In this document: positions 39,355-46,152 of the stretch, in pieces
How positions within the stretch are numbered: the stretch's first letter is position 1
Layout: every line of letters starts with the position of its first letter
Virus record (IMG/VR): IMGVR_UViG_3300045988_160259
Span: 1 to 64,000 of that record
Length of the DNA: 64,000 bases
Reading direction: 5' to 3' (one strand)
Source: a virus
Position numbers and translations under genes: made by a program
Notes under the pieces: generated by a model
What the model was told of the DNA's origin: nothing
Seen by the model: only the letters and a program-made list of their open reading frames with translations
Databases searched by the model: none

Positions 39355-39426
39355 CAGGAAGCCAGGGATTCGAACCCTGATTAACAGTTTTGGAGACTGT
39401 CGTGTTACCAATTACACTAACGACCT
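39355..39426 (-). tRNA. tRNA-Trp(CCA)-like, acceptor stem with two mismatches
   Basis: Good D, anticodon (ACAGT-CTCCAAA-ACTGT) and T arms (CAGGG-TTCGAAT-CCCTG). Acceptor AGGTCGT/GCTTCCT mispairs at 4:69 and 5:68. Confidence 0.55.
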
Positions 39427-39468
39427 GTATTTGAGTGTGTAAGCTGCAGTCTTACACACTCAACAAAA

Positions 39469-40071
39469 TTATAAATAAAAACTTTTCAAAATCTCAGATA
39501 GACGATCCTTACTAACCTGTTCAGATGACCAATATGAAATAGAACTATATCCATTCTTATCATGCTTGCTACATGTAAATCCTTGTCCATCATCAGAGAA
39601 ATCTACATCCATAGAATCGTCCTTGGATCGTGAATCACAGTCGTAGTCATCACAATCATGGTGGTCGATCATATGGTCAGAGTTATCACTAGATTCTTCT
39701 TTCGTGATTTCAAATTCATATTTCATATCCGATTCAAAATATTTAACGCATTTAGAATTTGCATTTTCATCAAAAAATACAAATTTTGGGGATAGCATAC
39801 AATATCTTCCATCCAATTTTAGCTTCTCGCAAAATATTTCATCACACACAATACTGATAACATATTCGTCTTCATAGTTATCCCACTCAGGATCTGCTAA
39901 CTCAACAAATTTTAGATCATAATCGTAAAATACCAATTCTCTCAAAATTTCTTTTGCATTATCATACTTAGCAACAAAACTTACGTTTCGATCACAATCA
40001 TGTAGTAGCTCATAAGTCTCGACAACTACTTCGACTAATTCTTCGATACTTTTGCATTTCAATGTATGCAT
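39469..40071 (-). CDS. acidic hypothetical protein
   Basis: 200 aa ORF. No family recognised. Confidence 0.6.
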   Translation of the reverse strand: MHTLKCKSIEELVEVVVETYELLHDCDRNVSFVAKYDNAKEILRELVFYDYDLKFVELADPEWDNYEDEYVISIVCDEIFCEKLKLDGRYCMLSPKFVFFDENANSKCVKYFESDMKYEFEITKEESSDNSDHMIDHHDCDDYDCDSRSKDDSMDVDFSDDGQGFTCSKHDKNGYSSISYWSSEQVSKDRLSEILKSFYL

Positions 40072-40089
40072 ATAATCACCACCGATCTA

Positions 40090-40362
40090 TTAGAGAACAG
40101 CCTCTTTAAGAGCAGTAGCTGCCTTGAATTTCGGTGCTTTATAAGCAGCAACCATAATTGGTTCACCAGTCTGAGGATTACGTCTCTTAGATTCTGCCTT
40201 TTCTACAACCTTGAATTTTCCAAATCCTGCGATATTTACAGATTCTCCCTTAGCCATTGCATCTTTAATGGTAGCGAAAACGGCATCTACATATTTTGCT
40301 GCATCTTTCTGGGTTACTTCTAAGTTTGCTGCTACGGTTTTAATAATATCTTGTTTGTTCAT
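40090..40362 (-). CDS. HU-family DNA-binding protein
   Basis: MNKQDIIKTVA..GFGKFKVVEKAESKRRNPQTGEPI.. is canonical HU. SD AAGGAGA precedes the ATG at 40362. Confidence 0.9.
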   Translation of the reverse strand: MNKQDIIKTVAANLEVTQKDAAKYVDAVFATIKDAMAKGESVNIAGFGKFKVVEKAESKRRNPQTGEPIMVAAYKAPKFKAATALKEAVL

Positions 40363-40525
40363 TTTAATATTCTCCTTTTGTTCAAATAAATTTTGCACTT
40401 ATGAAGTGCTTGTCTAATTTTTTATAATGTGTTATTCTTTATAAGTACGGAGCATCTTCCGTACTCTTGGACTGCCGGTTTTTCCAATGATAGAAAGTTT
40501 ATCAACGGAAGGCAGGTGATTTAGT

Positions 40526-40639
40526 ATGGCGATGGTTTATTCACCAGAAACACCAGTGCATGTCAAAAGCTACTCACGTTTTCGTTATAATAAATGGGAA
40601 CAAGTGAGAGAGCATTGGCGTCACGAACCTAACCGTTAG
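40526..40639 (+). CDS. 37 aa basic peptide on the opposite strand
   Basis: MAMVYSPETPVHVKSYSRFRYNKWEQVREHWRHEPNR with SD AGGTGA 6 nt upstream. A plus-strand terminator lies at ~40818-40846. Confidence 0.4.
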   Translation: MAMVYSPETPVHVKSYSRFRYNKWEQVREHWRHEPNR

Positions 40640-40850
40640 GTAGGTACCTGCATCCTGATGACAGGATTGAATTCTCTGATAAAGTTCACTTCTAGAAATC
40701 AAGATGGCCGTCAGTCCTTCTTCTGTATTGTTTTAGTCATCGGCTTTTCCCGAGTTTTATACGTTTTGTTGTATAACAACGGAAAGTCATGAATTCTAGG
40801 TAGCCGATGACCTTCTTTATATGTAAGTACAGACGTATCTGTACTTATTT

Positions 40851-42032
40851 TTAGTTTAATTCAACAGGATAAAAAGCCTGTACCCCTTTATCTGTACAAA
40901 TACATACCATCTGAGATGGTTTTCCTGTTAATCTTTTTTCCACAGTGTGCTGATCTCCACATCCAGCTAAAGATCCACCTCGAATCATTTTTACTCCATT
41001 CACTTCATCAAGAGCACACGTATGTAAATGTCCATATAACACAGCGTATGGAATGTATCCAATCGCCAGACACAAATTTTGTACACCAGATTTCCCAAAT
41101 GGATCAAAATCACCATGCACACCAACATATGTTTTTCCACGGATAGATATATCAACAATTCCCGAATCGAGATTTCTTGTCAAAATATGAAAATTATTGA
41201 TATGCTGTAAAGATAAATCAACTGCCCAACTAATCAAATCATCTAACCGTTCGTCATGAATTGCATCTTCTTTTCTATCAATTCTTGTATGGTTTCCAGA
41301 CACGTTTGTCATGAATACGACTTTAAAATATTTGGTCAACTCATAACAAAATGAAGAGATGAGTTCCGTTGCAATTTTAATCTGTTCAATTACATTTTCA
41401 CGATTAGTTACTTGGATTGTTTTATGAATATTTCCTGATATGAGATCTCCTTGTAGAGATACATAACACCTTTCAGAATTATGTAGTTTTTGGATAGAAA
41501 TGATGTTATCTAATAATTGTTGCATTCTGTCTTTAGCAATATCAGTATTATATTCTCCAAAGAATGAATGAAATGTCTGACCGATATGTAAATCACTTAA
41601 AATTACAAGCATATCATTATCAGATGATATAGAAACGTCATTATGTTTAGAAAAATTTACTTTTCCAAGATCGCTCAATTGTTTTTCTAATAGATCTAAT
41701 TTTTGCTCAATTCTAGCATCAATATAATTTTGCTTTTGCCAAGCGTTTCTTTCATCTCTAAATTGAATTTTTAATCGCTCTAATTCTCTTTGTGCAAACC
41801 GAATATCTTGCAACTGTTTATCAGAATCAACAAACATATCACGATTTGCATTCAGCATTCGATCAAATGTCGCTTTATCCTTCCGAAATTTTGATTCTCC
41901 ATAATGAGTTCCAAGTAACTCATTAAGCACGTCAGCTACATCGTTCCAGGAACCGATTAAATCTTTATCATTGGTAACTCTATAGATGAGTTGATCATCT
42001 GTTTCGCCAGGTAATCTTTTATAGGAAGTAAT
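40851..42032 (-). CDS. calcineurin-like metallophosphoesterase, probable ATT start
   Basis: Motifs LSDLHIG, GDLISG, GNHT, GHLH. 34 protein-like codons extend upstream of the track start to an ATT at 42032, 9 nt after SD GGGAG. Confidence 0.7.
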   Translation of the reverse strand: MTSYKRLPGETDDQLIYRVTNDKDLIGSWNDVADVLNELLGTHYGESKFRKDKATFDRMLNANRDMFVDSDKQLQDIRFAQRELERLKIQFRDERNAWQKQNYIDARIEQKLDLLEKQLSDLGKVNFSKHNDVSISSDNDMLVILSDLHIGQTFHSFFGEYNTDIAKDRMQQLLDNIISIQKLHNSERCYVSLQGDLISGNIHKTIQVTNRENVIEQIKIATELISSFCYELTKYFKVVFMTNVSGNHTRIDRKEDAIHDERLDDLISWAVDLSLQHINNFHILTRNLDSGIVDISIRGKTYVGVHGDFDPFGKSGVQNLCLAIGYIPYAVLYGHLHTCALDEVNGVKMIRGGSLAGCGDQHTVEKRLTGKPSQMVCICTDKGVQAFYPVELN

Positions 42033-42049
42033 AGTAGGTCACTCCCTTC

Positions 42050-42253
42050 TTACTCAACATCAACTGGCTCATCCAGCTCCTCTTCGTCCTTGACCTTAAT
42101 ATTGATTTCTACTGGCATGTTTGCGAAGTCACGTAGAAGAGTAGAAAGTTGCTTATCTTCTCCATCAACATTAATTACCATTGTCTGTGGATTTAAAATA
42201 CCAGTAACTTTCATTGAAGTTGTCGATGTTTTCTTATAAGTAAATGCTGCCAT
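42050..42253 (-). CDS. small hypothetical protein
   Basis: MAAFTYKK.. with SD AAAGGAGA. The track ORF is N-terminally extended. Confidence 0.6.
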   Translation of the reverse strand: MAAFTYKKTSTTSMKVTGILNPQTMVINVDGEDKQLSTLLRDFANMPVEINIKVKDEEELDEPVDVE

Positions 42254-42288
42254 ATCGTATAATTCTCCTTTTAATCCTAAAAATTTGT

Positions 42289-42317
42289 ATAAAAAATAGA
42301 AGAGTAGCAAACTCTTC
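42289..42317 (-). terminator. intrinsic terminator after the ClpP-like gene
   Basis: Minus strand GAAGAGT-TTGCT-ACTCTTC followed by TATTTTTTAT. Confidence 0.7.
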
Positions 42318-42318
42318 C

Positions 42319-42996
42319 TTAAATAATTTCATCTAAACTTGTGATAATTTTATCAGCAACACCATATTTAATAGCTTCTTTCGCAGATAAATACCAGTCA
42401 TTTTCAAAGTTTTCATTAAATACATCTTCTGGAATCTTTGTTCTAGATAAAACAAAGTCACCAAGTTCTTCGATTTGTCGTTGATAATTTAAAATTGCTG
42501 CAACTACATCATTGTATGTCCCAGCAAATTGACCAGCTCCCTTATGGATGAGGAATTCTGCCGTTGGAAATGTAAAACGCTCATGACATGCTAAATAAAT
42601 AAAGCATCCACTTGATGCAGCAATACCAACATTAATTCCAATAACTTTTGTTTGGCTTAGTTGAATTGTATCAACCAAACAGTTATTTACTTCTAAATCG
42701 CCACCAGGACTAAAGAAGATTACTTTAATTGGTTTACGTTCTTCTACTGGAATATTATTTTTCTTATCTTCCGAATTCCACTGCATAATCATCTTTGCAT
42801 ATTCCAAAGTCATGGTTGTAATTTCATCATCAATCCAAATAATTCTATCATCGTAATTTTTATAAAATTGTAATAGCGTAGGATCTGGCAACTGTAAATT
42901 TTCTACATTACTTGGAATTGCAATATCTAAATATGTTGCTTCTAATTTTTTCTTGAGTTCCTTTTTCTCCATTGGCAATATGCCTCGTGCTTTCAT
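42319..42996 (-). CDS. ClpP-family serine protease
   Basis: FFSPGGD.., GIAASSG (Ser) and LIHKGAG (His) motifs. Confidence 0.8.
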   Translation of the reverse strand: MKARGILPMEKKELKKKLEATYLDIAIPSNVENLQLPDPTLLQFYKNYDDRIIWIDDEITTMTLEYAKMIMQWNSEDKKNNIPVEERKPIKVIFFSPGGDLEVNNCLVDTIQLSQTKVIGINVGIAASSGCFIYLACHERFTFPTAEFLIHKGAGQFAGTYNDVVAAILNYQRQIEELGDFVLSRTKIPEDVFNENFENDWYLSAKEAIKYGVADKIITSLDEII

Positions 42997-43014
42997 AATA
43001 TTTCCATAAAAGGA

Positions 43015-44253
43015 TTAATCTAATAAATCTGCCATAGCTGCAGTTTCACTTCGTTCTGTTTTCTGAAGCTGTACATAACCAAATTTTGTATGTCCTGCAA
43101 GTTTTTGTACAGTGGATAGTAAACCATTATTCATTCTAAAAAGAGTAGAATCTGTTTGTTTAAAATCTCCGTTCATCCAAAGAGCAGATCCTTCACCAAC
43201 TCGTCCAATAAGAAGCTGGACATGTTCTTTTGTTAGATTTTCTGCTTCACTAACGTAGATAATCGCATTTTTAATATCTCGTCCTCGAATATAACCGAGA
43301 TGTTCAACTTCAATATTTCCTGCCATAATCTGCATTTCCAGACCATTTTCTCCACCAAGGTGATCTGCTAACGGCATTGCAAAGGGCAAAATCTTCTCAA
43401 ATTTAGTACCAGGTAAGAAACCAACCTCATTTGCATCTTTTACGCCAATTGCATTTCTGACATAAATTAATTTCTCAAATTTTCCTTCTTCGATTAATTT
43501 GATAGCATTTGCAATCATGAGATAGTCTTTTCCACTACCAAATCTACCTGAGATAACTTTGATTGTCTCTTCTTTGTCCTGTAGCATATCAAATGCTAAA
43601 ACCTGTTGTGGGTTTCTTGGTTTGATTTTGCCCATAAAATGACTATTGATTTGTTTATAAGAAATAGGATGATATTCTTGTCCATTCCATTTTCTGTAAT
43701 CAACAACCTCACCATCATTCTTTCGAATTATCAGATATTCATTCAGAAGTGAATCATATTGATTTTCATTTAAATGTAAATAAAAATAACTCATTTCCTC
43801 ATCAGAAAGAGTTACATCTTTGTATCCTGTGTATTCATCAATATTTTTAACAAGATTTATTTCATTTACACCTTTAGTTGGTAGTTTAAAAATATTTTTT
43901 GAAATAAATTTACAATTGAGATCGTCTGTACAAACAATGACAGGAGATACATTTCGATTATATAAAACTGCTGATGCAAGAATAATGTTATCAGGTGTTT
44001 CCTCTAAGTAATATCCTGCAAGAATTTTTTTTACATCTGTGTTAGTTGCGACAACCTCATATTCTCCATAATGCTCATCCAGCATATGAGCCGTTTGTCT
44101 GGCTTTGTATTTAACTTCATTATCTTTATGACCTGAAGTCTTAATACTTTCAATCTCTTCAAGCGTCTTCTGTGAGATAATAAAGGGTTCTTTAAAAGCT
44201 TCCCTTTGCAAATTCAGAAGAGCATTGGTATCTAGGAATAATTTAAATTCCAA
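43015..44253 (-). CDS. PIN-domain / PhoH-like ATPase
   Basis: N-terminal LFLDTNALL (PIN), Walker A GRFGSGKD, PhoH block IRGRDIKNAIIYVSEAENLT..GDFKQTD. Confidence 0.8.
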   Translation of the reverse strand: MEFKLFLDTNALLNLQREAFKEPFIISQKTLEEIESIKTSGHKDNEVKYKARQTAHMLDEHYGEYEVVATNTDVKKILAGYYLEETPDNIILASAVLYNRNVSPVIVCTDDLNCKFISKNIFKLPTKGVNEINLVKNIDEYTGYKDVTLSDEEMSYFYLHLNENQYDSLLNEYLIIRKNDGEVVDYRKWNGQEYHPISYKQINSHFMGKIKPRNPQQVLAFDMLQDKEETIKVISGRFGSGKDYLMIANAIKLIEEGKFEKLIYVRNAIGVKDANEVGFLPGTKFEKILPFAMPLADHLGGENGLEMQIMAGNIEVEHLGYIRGRDIKNAIIYVSEAENLTKEHVQLLIGRVGEGSALWMNGDFKQTDSTLFRMNNGLLSTVQKLAGHTKFGYVQLQKTERSETAAMADLLD

Positions 44254-44286
44254 TAATTGATACCACCTTTCTCATTAAATTTCGCA

Positions 44287-44499
44287 TTAGCGATGATATA
44301 ATTTTTTTCTATAATTTTCGAGAAGTCTCATATTATGAGGAGTCTCACACAAATAGAATTTTTTACGTTTATGACATGATTCCGAATGGGATACGCCACC
44401 TTCCGCATAAGGAACTCCATGCTTTACTAAATATTCTTTCTCTTGTTTAGTAATGAGTACTATATTAATGCACACCTTTCGTTTTAAATTTCTTTGCAT
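44287..44499 (-). CDS. small hypothetical protein
   Basis: The track ORF runs into tRNA-Ile, so the internal ATG at 44499 is taken. No clear SD. Confidence 0.4.
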   Translation of the reverse strand: MQRNLKRKVCINIVLITKQEKEYLVKHGVPYAEGGVSHSESCHKRKKFYLCETPHNMRLLENYRKKLYHR

Positions 44500-44518
44500 T
44501 TGCCACAAAGATAAATAG

Positions 44519-44592
44519 TTGGGGTGGTAGGACTCGAACCCACGACCGTTCGGATATAAGCCGAATGCTCTCGCCAACTGAGCTACACCGCA
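44519..44592 (-). tRNA. tRNA-Ile(UAU)
   Basis: Anticodon arm TTCGG-CTTATAT-CCGAA, D arm GCTC/GAGC, T arm GTGGG-TTCGAGT-CCTAC. One C.C mismatch at 3:70. Confidence 0.75.
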
Positions 44593-45463
44593 ATAATGCT
44601 ACATAAGTAGCAAAATAAGTACGCTGAGATTAAACGTATCTTCGGAAACCTTTACCGACATTATTTTTTCTTCGGTTATCCACTATATGTTGCTTACGCA
44701 CACACATAGTATCTTCCACAACCGCCTTTTGAGAAGAGGCTTATCTTCTTTACTGTATGACTACTCAAGTTTCATCATTCCATTAACACTGCCGTGCTAT
44801 AAATCTCCGCTAAGAGAACTGTGCAGAATCCGCTTAACACATCCAGATATTGCGTATCTTTCAGTGTGTGTATTACCTCCGAAGAGATTACACATTTTGG
44901 CTGCTTACACCATACAGAGGTACAGACTTTCGCTTTATAATTTGTTTGCCTTTTGCATCAAACCAATTTTTATGTTCTTCCTGAATATACTAATTAATAG
45001 AAACGAAATTGAATACAGAAGACGCGCTGCACCAGATGTTTCGTTATCTTTTGGATAACAAAATCCATCACGCCTTCGTAGCTTTCGGTTATAATCCCTA
45101 CTCACATCCTGCATAAGCTAATTTGGCATCTCTACCAATTCACTTACCCAAATGGACATCGCACTTGTCTAATAAGGACTCGCACTATATATCCTTCTAA
45201 TTCCCCATCATATCTTCATAGGTTCGCGTGAGCTATTCTGTTGCGCAGAAAAATGATTCTCAGCGGTTGCCCCTGAATCACCTTGTTGCTCCCTATTTCC
45301 TGACACTATTTCCACACAGGACTTACTCGTTTTACCGGTATGAAACGGCACTTTTTGAGTGCCTGGGATGTTAGTTTTGCATAGATTGACCAATTTTCAT
45401 GGCGACGAGTTGTAAATTCGCCTTTAATACGCTCACACGCATCTATCTGTGCTATGCCACGAG
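44593..45463 (-). ncRNA. large ORF-free structured RNA candidate between two tRNA(-like) genes
   Basis: ~870 nt with no credible ORF and many hairpins, including cUUCGg loops. Shares CACGCCTTC..GGTTA..AGCTAATT blocks (45068-45124) with the intron at 540-578. Strand inferred from the flanking tRNAs. Confidence 0.4.
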
Positions 45464-45536
45464 TTGCGGGACTACGAGTCGAACGTAGCTTTAGAGAATA
45501 TGAATCTCTCGTGGAACCGATCCAGCATATCCCGCG
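45464..45536 (-). tRNA. tRNA-like element with CAU anticodon and C1.A72 ends (degenerate D arm)
   Basis: CGCGGGA...TCCCGCA ends as in bacterial initiator tRNA. Anticodon arm AGAGA-TTCATAT-TCTCT, T arm CTACG-TTCGACT-CGTAG. The D stem is poor. Confidence 0.45.
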
Positions 45537-45625
45537 ATAATACTGGCAAACTATTATATCTGCCAGTAAAAAATAAAACATAAAAGAAAGAGGAGATAAT
45601 TATGAAATTAACATAAAGAATTAAC

Positions 45626-45657
45626 CTTTTTAAAAGGGCGGCAGAGAGTAACCGCCC
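45626..45657 (-). terminator. intrinsic terminator
   Basis: Minus strand GGGCGG-TTACTCTCTG-CCGCCC followed by TTTT. Confidence 0.7.
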
Positions 45658-45663
45658 ATGTAA

Positions 45664-45960
45664 CTAATTAAAATAATTATTTAATTTTCTGTTATAATAT
45701 CTAGTGATTTTTGGTTTTGCCCAAATTTTCGGTTCACATTTGATATTTTCGTAAGTATGGATTTCATGTTCTGGAATATATTCACATTCCAAACTCAACC
45801 CATCTAAAAGTTTTACCACTGTATTTTCAGTGGGAGTAGTAGAAGATAAGTAGGCAAATACACATTTCTCCATTCGCTTAACAACTTTACGAACGATTGC
45901 TACATTAATATCTTCTTTGCTAGCGATTTCTTTGATAATATTTTCTTGTGTAATTGTCAA
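45664..45960 (-). CDS. HU/IHF-like small DNA-binding protein candidate
   Basis: 98 aa with an N-terminal ITQENIIKEIASKEDINVAIVRKVV pattern resembling the HU fold. Immediately downstream of the RNAP-like gene. Confidence 0.4.
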   Translation of the reverse strand: MTITQENIIKEIASKEDINVAIVRKVVKRMEKCVFAYLSSTTPTENTVVKLLDGLSLECEYIPEHEIHTYENIKCEPKIWAKPKITRYYNRKLNNYFN

Positions 45961-46152
45961 AATATTATTCCTCCCAGCTGTACGAATTCGATTAGAGAAT
46001 TGTATTAAGATATTTCATCAGGCAATAGCCTATTTATTTATTCTCCATATAGGCACAAAAGAAAACCCATGTGATGTGGACTATTTTATTTTTGACTGTT
46101 TAAAATAGTCCACATATAATGGTCGAAAAAAATGCCTTAAGATATGCGGAAT

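Noticed and set aside
35000-39430. att-site duplication of the tRNA-Trp 3' end marking an integrase island
   Set aside because: I found no second copy of CAGGGATTCGAACCC or of the expected intact 3' end in the window. The idea is kept only as a hypothesis under the tRNA finding.
44687-45581. ORFs 44687..45058 (+), 45208..45393 (-) and 45306..45581 (-) as protein genes
   Set aside because: They have no RBS and odd composition. They overlap the tRNA-like element and hairpin-dense sequence, so they are better explained as non-coding RNA.
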